Of a stretch of 64,000 nucleotides of DNA, positions 26,950 through 36,859 are shown piece by piece. The translations under genes were made by a program, and so were the position numbers. Numbering within the stretch: the first letter of the stretch is position 1; the number at the start of each line of letters is the position of its first letter. Below the pieces are notes generated by a model. It was given only the letters and a program-made list of their open reading frames with translations. It searched no databases and was not told where the DNA came from. Origin of the DNA: Polyangiales bacterium (GTDB lineage: Bacteria; Myxococcota_A; Polyangia; Polyangiales; Polyangiaceae); contig JBBRNJ010000023.1 of the NCBI GenBank assembly GCA_038230375.1, forward strand, positions 1-64,000, read 5' to 3'.

Positions 26950-27993
26950 ATGGGCCAGAAGTACTGCGTGGTCGGATCGGGTGGCATCGGCGGAATCGTG
27001 ACGGCGCTCCTCTCGGAGACGGGACAGGATGTCACCGCCGTCACGAAGAACGAGGGCATTGCGGACAGCCTGCGCACGCGTGGCTTCCAGCTGCGCGGCG
27101 ATGGTCAGTCCCGCTCCGTCTCCGGCAAGGTGTCCGTCGGCGTGCCCAAGGGCGAGACGTTCGACTACGTGATCCTCGCCACGCAGCCGCCTGATGTGGA
27201 GCGCGCCGCGCGTGACCTTGCACCGTCGCTCGCGAAGGACGGCCGCATGGTGTGCCTCCAGAATGGTCTGTGCGAGGATCGCGTCGCGCAGATCGTTGGC
27301 AAGGAGCGTGTGCTTGGCGCCGTTGTCGCATGGGGCGCGACCATGCCGGAGCCAGGGATCTACGATCGCACCGCGCAGGGCGGCTTCACGCTCGGTCGCA
27401 TGGACGGCACGCACGACCCTCGCGCGGAGGAGCTCGCGTTGGCGCTCGAGTGCATCGGACCGGTGGAGCTCACGCAGAACCTGCAAGGCAAGCGGTGGAG
27501 CAAGCTCGCCATCAACTGCGCGATCAGCTCGCTCGGCACGCTCGGCGGCGACCGCCTGGGCGCGCTGATGCCGCACCGCTTCGTGCGTCGCCTCGCGCTG
27601 GAGATCATGACGGAGGTCGTACAGGTCGCGAAGGCAGAAGGCGTGAAGCTCGAGAAGGTCGCAGGGACGATCGACCCGGCGTTCATTGCCCTGTCGGACG
27701 AGGACCGCGTGGCTGCGGGCTCGCCCTCACTGGTCGCGAAACACGGTCTGCTCCTGGCGGTGGGCTTCCGCTATCGCCGCATGCGCAGCTCCATGCTGAG
27801 CGCGATCGAGCGCGGTCGGAAGCCCGCGGTGGATTTCTTGAACGGCGAGATCGTCACGCGCGGTCTCACGCATGGCATCGACACGAAGGTGAACGCCATG
27901 GTGCAGAAGATGGTGTGGGAGCTCGCGGACAAGGAGCGCGCGCCGGGAATGGCCACGCTCGAGGCTCTCTTCGACGCCACCGGACCGCACTGA
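26950..27993 (+). CDS. panE: Ketopantoate reductase (PanE/ApbA) family protein
   Basis: GSGGIGG, CLQNG, WSKLAINC, SSML, VDFLNGEIV. Confidence 0.85.
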   Translation: MGQKYCVVGSGGIGGIVTALLSETGQDVTAVTKNEGIADSLRTRGFQLRGDGQSRSVSGKVSVGVPKGETFDYVILATQPPDVERAARDLAPSLAKDGRMVCLQNGLCEDRVAQIVGKERVLGAVVAWGATMPEPGIYDRTAQGGFTLGRMDGTHDPRAEELALALECIGPVELTQNLQGKRWSKLAINCAISSLGTLGGDRLGALMPHRFVRRLALEIMTEVVQVAKAEGVKLEKVAGTIDPAFIALSDEDRVAAGSPSLVAKHGLLLAVGFRYRRMRSSMLSAIERGRKPAVDFLNGEIVTRGLTHGIDTKVNAMVQKMVWELADKERAPGMATLEALFDATGPH

Positions 27994-29426
27994 TGATGAG
28001 GCTCGCAGTGCGAAGCGTCGCGTGCCGTGCGCTCGTCTACCTGCTCGCGAGCACGGCGTGCGCGTCCAAGCCCCCGCTACCTGCGCCAAAGGCCAACGAC
28101 CCGCTCGTGATGGTGGTGGAGGTGGGCCCGGCGATCGCGAAGGATCCCGACCCGCCGGCGCCCATGACGGCGCCGCGCGCGATGCCGCAGGCCGCCGATG
28201 GCACGCTGGCCGCTCAGCCGCCACCAGTGAGGCAGCTCGCCTCTGATCGAGGCCTTGCGCTCGACAATGCGTGGGGCGCGCGGGGGCACAGCGTGCTCAC
28301 GCTTGGCGCGGGTGAGACGGAGCTCTCGGGCGTGGTGCCGCTCGCGGACGGCACCCTGTACGTCGGCGGTCACACACACTTCGGCGAAACGGACGCGTGC
28401 GTCGCGAAGCTGGATGCGGCGGGGAAGCTGGACAAGAAGTTCGGCACGCTGGGCTTCGCGCGCGTCGGTGAGTTCGGCGCGTTCGGCTCCGCGCTCGCAG
28501 TGGATGCGAAAGGCCGCGCGGTTCTCGCGGGCTACTTTTACAAAGCGGGCGCAACGCAGCTGCTCGTCGGCCGCGTCATGCCGGACGGCCAGCTGGACCC
28601 CACGTTCGGTACAGGCGGCGTGGTCGTCAGCAACTTCGGCGGTAACGACGAACGACCCACCGGGATCATCGCGCTCGCAAACGGCGGCACGCTCGTGGTG
28701 GGCAACCACAGCTCTCGCACGGACGACAGCGCCTACTTTGCGCTCTTCGACGAGAGGGGAGCACCTGACACGCGCTTCGGACCGAAGGGCGTCGCGTTCT
28801 TCGACGTGATGCCCGGCCGCGAGTTCGTGACCCGCGCGATCCTCGGCGCCGACGGCTCGCTCGTGCTCGGCGGGTACTCCCCCAAGAGGAAGGTGGCGTT
28901 CGTCGCACGCGTGCATCTGGATGGTTCGCCCGATCTCGGCTTCGGTGATCGCGGAGTCACGGTGCTGGTGGATTCGGATATCGGCAGCGCATGGGCGCTC
29001 ACGATCGATGGCGACGGGAAGGTACTCGTTGGCGGCCAGACCAGGAACGACACGGTGGTGATCGCTCGCGTCGATCGCAACGGGCACCTCGACCCGTCGT
29101 TCGGCAAAGGCGGCTACCTGCGCGGGCCCGCGCGTGCTGGCGATCAGGTGTACGCGCTGTTTCCCACCGCGAGCAACGGGATCGTGGGCGTGGGGTTTCG
29201 CGGGCTCGCCAACGACGCGCGGTCACTGCTGTTGAAGATCACGCCTGATGGAAAGCTCGACACCACGTTCGGCATTGGCGGCCTTCTTCTTGGAAACGCC
29301 CGCGGAGAGTACCTCAGCGCCGGTGCAGTCGACGCAAGCGGCGGCCTCGTAGGCGTGGGGATGCGAGCCGGCACGAAGACCGAGCAGATCGACGGCCTGG
29401 TCATGCGCTTCGCCGCCCAGCCGTGA
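27993..29426 (+). CDS. Delta-60-repeat beta-propeller lipoprotein
   Basis: Lipobox STAC; repeated (D/N)GxLDxxFGxxG units. Confidence 0.85.
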   Translation: MMRLAVRSVACRALVYLLASTACASKPPLPAPKANDPLVMVVEVGPAIAKDPDPPAPMTAPRAMPQAADGTLAAQPPPVRQLASDRGLALDNAWGARGHSVLTLGAGETELSGVVPLADGTLYVGGHTHFGETDACVAKLDAAGKLDKKFGTLGFARVGEFGAFGSALAVDAKGRAVLAGYFYKAGATQLLVGRVMPDGQLDPTFGTGGVVVSNFGGNDERPTGIIALANGGTLVVGNHSSRTDDSAYFALFDERGAPDTRFGPKGVAFFDVMPGREFVTRAILGADGSLVLGGYSPKRKVAFVARVHLDGSPDLGFGDRGVTVLVDSDIGSAWALTIDGDGKVLVGGQTRNDTVVIARVDRNGHLDPSFGKGGYLRGPARAGDQVYALFPTASNGIVGVGFRGLANDARSLLLKITPDGKLDTTFGIGGLLLGNARGEYLSAGAVDASGGLVGVGMRAGTKTEQIDGLVMRFAAQP

Positions 29427-29585
29427 GCCACGCGTCGATGAAATTGCGCAACCGCCACGCCACGGGTCATGCGTTTCGGTGGGAACTGAAAGTTCCCTGA
29501 TCCCACGGTGATCCTCGCGGATCACCGCATCTGTCCGGAGCGCCCAGATCCGCGGGTTTTCGCGTCCCGCTCGAGCCGTCGCGAT

Positions 29586-29601
29586 TGGTCCCTGGCTTGC
29601 A
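29586..29601 (+). promoter_or_regulatory. Putative sigma-54 (-24/-12) promoter
   Basis: TGGTCCCTGGCTTGCA, GG-N10-GC; AGGAGG then ATG at 29632. Confidence 0.55.
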
Positions 29602-29631
29602 GTAGTCGATGACCAGGAGGTCACCGCGGCC

Positions 29632-30885
29632 ATGCGCATCATTCCTTCGTCCGCTCTCGGTGCTCTCGGGCTTCTCCTCTGCTGCTCGCTCGCCGCCTGC
29701 TCGAGCGCGTCACCACCCGCCACCAGTACCTCGTCCACCGAGCAGCTGCAGGAGAGCGCCAGCGATGGAGGCGACGCCGCGGACTCGGGCGCGCTTGCGT
29801 TCCCCGCGTGGAAGCCGCCGGCGCCTCAGCTCACGCTTCACGGCGGCGCGGTCCTCGCCGCGCCAAAGTTCCAGCTGGTCCGCTTCGCAAGCGATCCAGG
29901 GGCGGCGCCGATGAAGTCGCTGCTCCAGAAGATGGGTAGCAGCAGCTACTGGAAAGAGACGACCGGCGAGTACGGGGTCACGGGCGCGACGGCGCTACCA
30001 GAGATCGCCCTGCCGGACAGCCCACCCGCGAAGATCGACGACACCGAGATCGCAGCGTGGCTCGTCTCTCAGCTGGATGAGAAGAACACGGCGGGGCTCA
30101 GCCCCGTCGATGCGAACACGGTCTACGTCTGGGCCGCACCGGCCACCACGGTGATCACCAAGGGCCACGAGCGGTCATGCCTTGACTTCGACGCCTATCA
30201 CCGGTCCGCGACGCGTTCGAACGGAATGCACGTTCCGTACATCGTGATGCCGCGGTGCTCCACGCCGAAGTCCACGTCGCAGGATGGGCTCACGGTGGCG
30301 CTCAGTCACGAGATGATCGAGGCTGCGACGGATCCGGTCAACGGGGCCGGCTTCGACCTGGGCACTACAGACCAGGGATTCTCGCTGGTCAACAGTGGGA
30401 CCGAGGCTGGCGATCTCTGCGCGCTGAGCGCGAATTCCATCCGTCCTGCGGACCTTGGTGCAGCCGTGCAGCGCAGCTGGTCGAATCGCGCCGCGGCAGC
30501 GGGCCATGACCCGTGCGTGCCGGCGCAAGGCACGGTGAACTTCGGCGCGTTCACGGATGCTCCGGATCACAACGGAAGTCACCCGGCGATCAAGCTCACG
30601 GGGGGCGAGCGCACGGTCAAGGTCAAGCTCTTCTCCGACGCGCCCATGGGCGACTTCACCGTGAGCGCGCGCGATTTTGCCGCGTCGCAGGGGGATGCCC
30701 CAGAGCTGGACGTGGAGTTCGCCGACGGCTCGAAGATGGCAAAAGGCAAGAACGGCGACGTCTTCGAGCTCACGATCACCGCGCGCGGCCGCCCATCATT
30801 CGACGGCGCGAGCGTCGTGGTGCTGGAGTCGGTGTCGAGCGATCGCAAGTCGGAGCACCTCTGGGGCGCGCTCGTCGTACACTGA
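29632..30885 (+). CDS. Lipoprotein with Phi-1/EXORDIUM-like domain
   Basis: Lipobox LAAC; HGGAVL, AYH, SHEMIEAATDP, EAGDLC, VQRSWSN. Confidence 0.65.
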   Translation: MRIIPSSALGALGLLLCCSLAACSSASPPATSTSSTEQLQESASDGGDAADSGALAFPAWKPPAPQLTLHGGAVLAAPKFQLVRFASDPGAAPMKSLLQKMGSSSYWKETTGEYGVTGATALPEIALPDSPPAKIDDTEIAAWLVSQLDEKNTAGLSPVDANTVYVWAAPATTVITKGHERSCLDFDAYHRSATRSNGMHVPYIVMPRCSTPKSTSQDGLTVALSHEMIEAATDPVNGAGFDLGTTDQGFSLVNSGTEAGDLCALSANSIRPADLGAAVQRSWSNRAAAAGHDPCVPAQGTVNFGAFTDAPDHNGSHPAIKLTGGERTVKVKLFSDAPMGDFTVSARDFAASQGDAPELDVEFADGSKMAKGKNGDVFELTITARGRPSFDGASVVVLESVSSDRKSEHLWGALVVH

Positions 30886-30891
30886 GACAGG

Positions 30892-31356
30892 ATGTCCGAA
30901 GAGCAAGATGCGCCACCGCCAGGAGGGTTCGGTCGTCCACCAACAGGGCCGACGCGTCTTGGCCCGACGCCGCCCAAGAAGTCGGCGGCCCATGTGCTCC
31001 AACCATTCTTCGTGATGGCAGGCGCGGCCGCTGCGTACGAGCGCAACGGCAAGCTGTGTCCGACCGTGCGGCGACCCATGCCCGCCATCGACGATGTGCA
31101 ACGGGCAGGGGAGTCAGGCGTGACGGGATACGTCACGACGAAGCGGCAATGGGACGAGGCCGGCTTCGGCTGCCTCGATTTCTCCGTCGAGGCGCCCATA
31201 CACTACAGCTACGACTACCAGGTCCATGGCGCCGGCTTCGTGGTGATCGCCTGGGGTGACTTCGAGGGCAACGGAAGGATGTCTGCGCTCAGTACGCGCG
31301 GGCGCGTGGAGAACGGAGTGGCGGTGCTCGAACCTGGGTTGCGCAAGGGGTTTTGA
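30892..31356 (+). CDS. Hypothetical protein resembling a myxobacterial pilin C-terminal head, without prepilin helix
   Basis: GFGCLDFSVEAPIHYSYDY..FVVIAWGDFEGNG. Confidence 0.5.
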   Translation: MSEEQDAPPPGGFGRPPTGPTRLGPTPPKKSAAHVLQPFFVMAGAAAAYERNGKLCPTVRRPMPAIDDVQRAGESGVTGYVTTKRQWDEAGFGCLDFSVEAPIHYSYDYQVHGAGFVVIAWGDFEGNGRMSALSTRGRVENGVAVLEPGLRKGF

Positions 31357-31429
31357 TCTCGCGGGGTGAGACGCGGAAGGCCGTCGGCGCCTCTTGCCTG
31401 GCACCCGTTGCAGCGCTAGGTTCGGCCGC

Positions 31430-32374
31430 GTGAAACGACCCAAAATTGCAATCGTTGGTGCTGGTGGAAACGTTGGTGCAGCTGTCGCGCAGTGGTCTGC
31501 GCAGAAGGAGCTCGGCGATCTCGTCCTCATCGATCTGAAGGCCGGTCCCGCGGAGGGGCGTGCTCTGGACCTGACGCAGTGCGGCCCCTGGGTGGGCTTC
31601 AACAACACCAGCTTCAAGGCCACGGACAAGTCCGAGGCGCTCGCGGACTCCGACGTGGTCGTGATGACCGCCGGCGTGCCCCGCAAGCCCGGTCAATCGC
31701 GTGAGGAGCTCATCAACATCAACGCAGGCATCGTGAAGGCGATCTGCGGCGATGTGAAGAAGTACGCACCGAACGCGATCCTCATCGTGGTCAGTAACCC
31801 GCTCGACGCGATGGTGTTCGTCGCGAAGCAGGTAACGGGCTTCCCGCGCGAGCGCGTCATCGGCTCCGCAGGCGTGCTCGACAGCGCGCGCTTCCGCACC
31901 TACCTCGCGCTCGCCGCGGGCGTCAGCGTGGAAGACGTCAGCGCGATCGTCCTTGGCGCGCACACGGACAAGGACATGGTCCCCATCCTCTCGACCGCGA
32001 CCATCGGCGGCGTCCCCGTGGCCAAGCTGCTCTCCGCGGAGAAGCTCAACGAGGTCGTGGAGAACACCAAGAAGGGTGGCGCGACGCTCACCGGCCTCAT
32101 CGGCACCAGCGCGTGGCTCGCGCCCGGCGCCGGCACCGCCCTCATGGTCGAGGCGATCGTCCGCAACCAGAGCCGCCTCCTCCCTTGCTCGGTCGAGCTC
32201 AAGGGCGAGTTCGGCGTGAAGGACGCGTTCGTCGGCGTGCCCGTGAAGCTCACGTCGAAGGGCGCAGAGTCCATCCACGAGTTCGAGCTCTCGGAGTCGG
32301 AGAAGAAGGCCTTCGCGGCCTCCGTTGCTGCCAACACGGAGCTGATGAACATCGCCCGCGGCTTCCTGGGCTGA
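31430..32374 (+). CDS. mdh: Malate dehydrogenase (LDH-like)
   Basis: KIAIVGAGGNVG, TAGVPRKPGQSREEL, VSNPLD, LDSARF, LGAH. Confidence 0.95.
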   Translation: MKRPKIAIVGAGGNVGAAVAQWSAQKELGDLVLIDLKAGPAEGRALDLTQCGPWVGFNNTSFKATDKSEALADSDVVVMTAGVPRKPGQSREELININAGIVKAICGDVKKYAPNAILIVVSNPLDAMVFVAKQVTGFPRERVIGSAGVLDSARFRTYLALAAGVSVEDVSAIVLGAHTDKDMVPILSTATIGGVPVAKLLSAEKLNEVVENTKKGGATLTGLIGTSAWLAPGAGTALMVEAIVRNQSRLLPCSVELKGEFGVKDAFVGVPVKLTSKGAESIHEFELSESEKKAFAASVAANTELMNIARGFLG

Positions 32375-32398
32375 ACCCAGACCCAGCTGAAAACGCAG

Positions 32399-32437
32399 CC
32401 GCCCGTGATGCAGACGCGTCACGGGCGGTTCGCGTTT
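32399..32437 (+). terminator. Probable intrinsic terminator after mdh
   Basis: ccgcccgtga / tcacgggcgg 10-bp stem followed by ttcgcgttt. Confidence 0.65.
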
Positions 32438-32557
32438 AAGCGTCGAGGCCGAGGCCGAGGTCGAATGCGTGAATGTCCTCCTTGCGTGCTGCATCACAAT
32501 CCGCGTCGCCAGTTCGGGGCGGCCCCTTCCGCGAGATGCACCATGCACACATTCGAT

Positions 32558-32833
32558 ATGTCCGATGAGATGCCCGACACACGCCGCGATGGCTTCCAGC
32601 ATGATGAGTCCGGAGAGGGGTCCGGTCCGCTCTCGATACGTGGGCCCCGTGAGCCTCGCTTCGACGAGTCCGAGGCGGCCTGGTTCGACCGACCTTCGTC
32701 ACGCCCCAGCGCGCCCCCCTCGATCGAGAAGATCCGCGCAGCGTTTCGCTCCAGCGCTCCTCCCGCGCCCGCTGCGAAGCCCATCGGCGACGAGCTCGTC
32801 GACGAGTGGTTGACCGCGAAGCGTCGCTCGTGA
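32558..32833 (+). CDS. Small hypothetical protein
   Basis: ORF filling the intergenic gap with plausible codon use; start uncertain. Confidence 0.55.
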   Translation: MSDEMPDTRRDGFQHDESGEGSGPLSIRGPREPRFDESEAAWFDRPSSRPSAPPSIEKIRAAFRSSAPPAPAAKPIGDELVDEWLTAKRRS

Positions 32834-32873
32834 CCTGAGCCGCGGCGCTCGTCCGTGGTAGCTTCCCGTCGGC

Positions 32874-33680
32874 ATGAAACGGAAGCTGGCGTCCGCGTTC
32901 GAGGAGAAGAGCATCGATGCGCTCACCATCGAGGACGAGCGCTCGTTCCGCCACGTCGGCCTCTACTCCGACCTCAAGGAGATCCTGCGCCGCGAGCGAT
33001 ACCGCTTCCGCGTCATGCGCGGGCACGCCGCCACCTGGGATCGCGCGCTCTTCCTGAACCTCACGTTCTGGAGCCCCGATGCCGGTGGCGACATCCTCGT
33101 CAGCGAAACGCTCGCCGCGGACGTGGTCACGCACGTGGCGTGGCACCACCTTGCCGCGCGCGCGCTGAAGGGACGCGCAGGCTCCCCGAGCGTCGAGTCG
33201 CTCTTCCTTGGCGAGGCGATCGCGAGCGCGTTCGATCTGTACCTCGTCGGGCGCCTCCTGGGGCACGCGCCAAAGTCGGAGTTCCTGGCAACGCAGGTCC
33301 CCGCCATGTCCGAGGCCACCGAGGCCGCCGGTGTCAGCGCCGACGACTTCGCCGCGCTGCTCGCCACGATCGCACGGGACCCAGACCGCGCGTTCGTCGA
33401 TCTCCGAGCGCTGCTCTACGACGCCACGCTCGCGCTTCACGCCGCGAAGAACGCCGAGCAAGCATCACGCGCGCTCGCCCGCTTCGACGCGCACCGCTTT
33501 GGCGTGTTGCTTCATCGCTACGAGCTCTCCAACTGGGTCCTCTATGCGCGTGCCTACGGACGTCCCGCGCCAGACCCAGCCGCGCGCGCCGTGGACCGCG
33601 CGCTGCGGAAGAAGTCGCTCGGGCTCGACTGGCTCATCACCGAATGGGTCACGCCCGCGCTGCAGGGCGGTGCCCGCTGA
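32874..33680 (+). CDS. Hypothetical helical protein (HVAWHH..E possible metal site)
   Basis: GC3-rich ORF; TAGCTT upstream; VVTHVAWHHL..GEAIASAFD. Confidence 0.7.
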   Translation: MKRKLASAFEEKSIDALTIEDERSFRHVGLYSDLKEILRRERYRFRVMRGHAATWDRALFLNLTFWSPDAGGDILVSETLAADVVTHVAWHHLAARALKGRAGSPSVESLFLGEAIASAFDLYLVGRLLGHAPKSEFLATQVPAMSEATEAAGVSADDFAALLATIARDPDRAFVDLRALLYDATLALHAAKNAEQASRALARFDAHRFGVLLHRYELSNWVLYARAYGRPAPDPAARAVDRALRKKSLGLDWLITEWVTPALQGGAR

Positions 33681-33848
33681 GCACTTCCCTGTCGCCTCGC
33701 TCGCGCGACAGGTGAGCAAGAGAGGCGGGGTGGACGCGATCCAGTTGCGGTGTGAAAATCTCATGTAGGTGTAGTTGCGCACAGGAGACTCCACCGCAAA
33801 ACACTGCGATTTCTCGCCGCGCAGCGTGTGGCTTGGCGACTTCCACGC

Positions 33849-33864
33849 GGGCACCAATTCTGCA
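33849..33864 (+). promoter_or_regulatory. Putative sigma-54 promoter
   Basis: GGGCACCAATTCTGCA, GG-N10-GC; ATG 14 nt after the GC. Confidence 0.5.
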
Positions 33865-33876
33865 GTGGTAGCGGAC

Positions 33877-34815
33877 ATGAGCCGCTCCCTCCTCATCCTC
33901 GCCTCTGTCTCTCTCCTCTCCCTCGCGGTCGGCTGCGGCGACGCATCCGCTCCGGCGTTCCGCAAAGAGGGCACCATGGGACAGGGGACGGGCAGCGGCT
34001 CCGGCACCCCCAGCAACGCGGGTGACCCTTCGTCCTCGCCGCCATCGTCTGACCCTTCTGCAAACCCGCCCTCCACGCCTCCCGCTCCGCCGCCGTCGGG
34101 CGCGGTGTTCATCCGCGTCGCGAACTTCTTCGCCACCGCGGCTGACGCGTGCGTCTCCACGGATGGCGGCGCGACGTGGGTCGGCCCGCTCATGAAGCAG
34201 CTCGCCGGCAAGTCGCTGGACCCGAACACGGTCTCCGCGCGCACCTCGATGAAGAACGCACACTTCACCATTCGCGCCGTGACCGGCAGCGACTGCAAGA
34301 CGGGCGTTGGCGCCGACGTGAAGACCGACATCCCGGGCGAGTGGCCCGCCACGATCGTCCTTGGCCAGAAGAGCGGCACGCCGGAGACCAAGGTCCTCAT
34401 CGACGAGCCCTCGATCTCCAACACCACCACCTTCGTTCGTCTGGTGCACGCGGCCAACTGGGCCATGGACGCAGACCTGGGCACGAACGACGACGACGGC
34501 AACTACTCCGGCATCTTCGGCGACACCCCGTACCTTGGCACCGCGAAGCAGGGCACGCTCTCGAAGCAGGGCTACGCGACCCTCGATCCGCTCGGCGGCG
34601 CGCCGCTCATCCTGCAGACCACGACCTCGAAGGAGGTCCGCCTGACCATCAATGCCAACACGGACGTGGACGAGAAGTACACGCTCTTCACCGTTGGAAC
34701 CGACAAGCAGACGTCGCTCCTGGCGTGTGATGACGAGGCCACGCCGGGCAACGATCACCTGACGCCGTGCTCGCTCCTCAACGACGGCGACACGCTCGCG
34801 CCTGCGGGAAACTGA
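33877..34815 (+). CDS. Lipoprotein, DUF4397-like beta-sandwich domains
   Basis: Lipobox AVGC; FIRVANF and FVRLVHAA repeats. Confidence 0.7.
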   Translation: MSRSLLILASVSLLSLAVGCGDASAPAFRKEGTMGQGTGSGSGTPSNAGDPSSSPPSSDPSANPPSTPPAPPPSGAVFIRVANFFATAADACVSTDGGATWVGPLMKQLAGKSLDPNTVSARTSMKNAHFTIRAVTGSDCKTGVGADVKTDIPGEWPATIVLGQKSGTPETKVLIDEPSISNTTTFVRLVHAANWAMDADLGTNDDDGNYSGIFGDTPYLGTAKQGTLSKQGYATLDPLGGAPLILQTTTSKEVRLTINANTDVDEKYTLFTVGTDKQTSLLACDDEATPGNDHLTPCSLLNDGDTLAPAGN

Positions 34816-34848
34816 GCATCGCGACGCTCCCGAGGCGCCCGCCTCAGC

Positions 34849-35064
34849 TCACAGCTCTTCAGACACGATCTTGTGCAGGTCCTCGAGATCCGTGCGCGCA
34901 ATGCGTAGCTTCGAGATCGCCTCGCTGACGAGCTCGGTCACGGTGGTCTTCTCGGCGCGGGGGCCACTGACCGTCTCACGAAGCAGCTTCACGAGCCGCT
35001 CCTCTGCCTCCGCCACCTCGGAGTTCGAGGTCGCGATCTTGGAGAGCAAGAGTTTCTTATCCAT
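34849..35064 (-). CDS. Small helical hypothetical protein
   Basis: 71-aa ORF, amphipathic helices. Confidence 0.65.
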   Translation of the reverse strand: MDKKLLLSKIATSNSEVAEAEERLVKLLRETVSGPRAEKTTVTELVSEAISKLRIARTDLEDLHKIVSEEL

Positions 35065-35091
35065 GGGAAGCCACCAAAGTTGAGAGGTTTG

Positions 35092-35430
35092 TCAGACGGC
35101 GCGCACACCGGAGAGCAGCGTTGTGACAGCGTCCCAGTCGAATGTGGGGAGGCCCAGGTCCGTGCCGGTGGTCGTCCAGAGCCGACCCACTTCCTTGAGC
35201 GCGTCCATGCGCGTGGGAGCCCACGCAGCGATCGGCGCGGTCTCCGGCACGGAGTTCACGCGGGCGTCGACACACCACTCACCGGGGTCCGCCTCTGTCT
35301 GCTTCTGCCACACGTTGAACGTCAGGCGCACGCCGCTGGACTTCACGTCGTAGACGAACCCGATTCGCGAGCGGAACTGGTTCGTGATCTTGGGGGCGTT
35401 TGGGTCCGCTTTTTCGTTTTTGTCCTTCAT
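35092..35430 (-). CDS. Hypothetical protein
   Basis: ATG at 35430 with GAGG upstream; GC3-rich. Confidence 0.7.
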   Translation of the reverse strand: MKDKNEKADPNAPKITNQFRSRIGFVYDVKSSGVRLTFNVWQKQTEADPGEWCVDARVNSVPETAPIAAWAPTRMDALKEVGRLWTTTGTDLGLPTFDWDAVTTLLSGVRAV

Positions 35431-35531
35431 GAAACCTCGCAGGCGAGAGAGTGGCGAGCAATCGCGCGCACTTCGCTGCCGAGGGCTCCGGGGGCGCACC
35501 ACACCATCTGGAGGGATGAGGTCATGTGCGC

Positions 35532-35547
35532 TGGCACCGTGATTGCT
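35532..35547 (+). promoter_or_regulatory. Sigma-54 promoter, near-consensus
   Basis: TGGCACCGTGATTGCT matches TGGCAC-N5-TTGCW. Confidence 0.7.
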
Positions 35548-35656
35548 TTCACCATAACGCTTTCCTCTCTTTCTTGCAACCCGTGGGCCGTCGCGACACT
35601 CGCTGCTTCGTTCACCGCGTACCGAGAAAACAAGCTAATTGGATGCGCAGTCACCC

Positions 35657-36244
35657 ATGCGAACCGCTGCGCATTCTCACAAGCAAACCCACGCGCGCGT
35701 GAAGCTCGTGCTCGGTGACGGAGCGGAGCCAGAGCGGCTACGCATCGCTTGCGTCGCGGACACACATAGCCGCCCGCATCCGGAGCTGGGCGCGCGACTC
35801 GCGGAGCTCTCGCCAGATCGCATCTTTCACGCTGGCGACATCGGTCACCTGGACGTGCTGAAAACGCTCGAGGCGTGCGCGCCCGTCGTCGCGGTGCGCG
35901 GCAACATCGACGGACTCGATATGCCGGATGTGGTCACGATCGACGTGGTCAGCGCGAAGGGGACGGTGCTCCGCATCCTCCTCACGCACATCGCGGTCAA
36001 CGGACCAAAGCTCCGCGCTGACGTCTTGCGGATGGCCAAGGCGGAGGACGCGCAGCTGGTGGTATGTGGGCACTCGCATGTGCCGTTCGCCGCGCACGAT
36101 CGTGGCGTCACCGTGATGAACCCGGGTTCGGTGGGGCCGCGTCGCTTCCAGCTGCCCATCGTCCTGGGCGTGATCGACGTCACCGCTCTTGGCGTGTCGC
36201 TCCGTCACATCGACTGCGAGACTGGCCAGCCCTGGCGACCGTGA
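35657..36244 (+). CDS. YfcE/MJ0936-family metallophosphoesterase
   Basis: ADTH, HAGDIG, VRGNID, CGHSH, NPGS. Confidence 0.9.
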   Translation: MRTAAHSHKQTHARVKLVLGDGAEPERLRIACVADTHSRPHPELGARLAELSPDRIFHAGDIGHLDVLKTLEACAPVVAVRGNIDGLDMPDVVTIDVVSAKGTVLRILLTHIAVNGPKLRADVLRMAKAEDAQLVVCGHSHVPFAAHDRGVTVMNPGSVGPRRFQLPIVLGVIDVTALGVSLRHIDCETGQPWRP

Positions 36245-36265
36245 CGCTCGCGTGCTCGTGACATC

Positions 36266-36859
36266 TCACTCGAGCGTGAGCGCGCAGCCGAAGGCTTCCG
36301 TGCGCGGCGTTCGCACCTTGCCGCTGGCGAGGGCCTCGTCGAGCGCGTTCTTCAGGTACGGCGTGGCGCCATCCGTGAGATGGCTCTTGTCGGTATCGAT
36401 GCCGCCGCCGTAGAGCACGTGCCCTTCGGCGTCCAGGAGGATGGTGTACGTGGCGTACGTGGCGCCTACTGCGCGTGCGAGCTTGCCGCCGCCGTCGATG
36501 AGCACGGGATACGGATAGCCGCGCGCGCTGGACTCCTTCTGATCGCGCTCGATGGTCGCGCCGGACTCCGAGTCGACGGCGTAGAACGCCACGCCGCGCG
36601 GTCCATAGCTTGCCGCAAGCTCACGCAGGCGAGGGTCGTGCGCCTCCTGGCAGGGACAGTGATGAGAGAAGAACTCGACCACCGTGAACTTTGCGCCGGG
36701 AGCGACGATGGCGTGGTCTGCTCCGTCCGTGCCCTTGCGCATCTCCGCCGTGGAGACGGCCGGCCCTGCGGGTGTGCGCGGGTCCGCGTTGCCGTTGCCT
36801 GCGCATCCGGCGCATGCAGACACCGTGGCGAGCAGAGCGAGAGCTGCGAATCGCGACAT
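36266..36859 (-). CDS. Thioredoxin-fold redoxin lipoprotein
   Basis: Lipoprotein signal; FFSHHCPC, YPVLID, YGGGID, AFGC. Confidence 0.8.
   Translation of the reverse strand: MSRFAALALLATVSACAGCAGNGNADPRTPAGPAVSTAEMRKGTDGADHAIVAPGAKFTVVEFFSHHCPCQEAHDPRLRELAASYGPRGVAFYAVDSESGATIERDQKESSARGYPYPVLIDGGGKLARAVGATYATYTILLDAEGHVLYGGGIDTDKSHLTDGATPYLKNALDEALASGKVRTPRTEAFGCALTLE

Noticed and set aside
31399..31412. TGGCAC..TTGCA sigma-54-like box before mdh
   Set aside because: GG-to-GC spacing is 2 nt too short; a TAGGTT -10 box explains the start better
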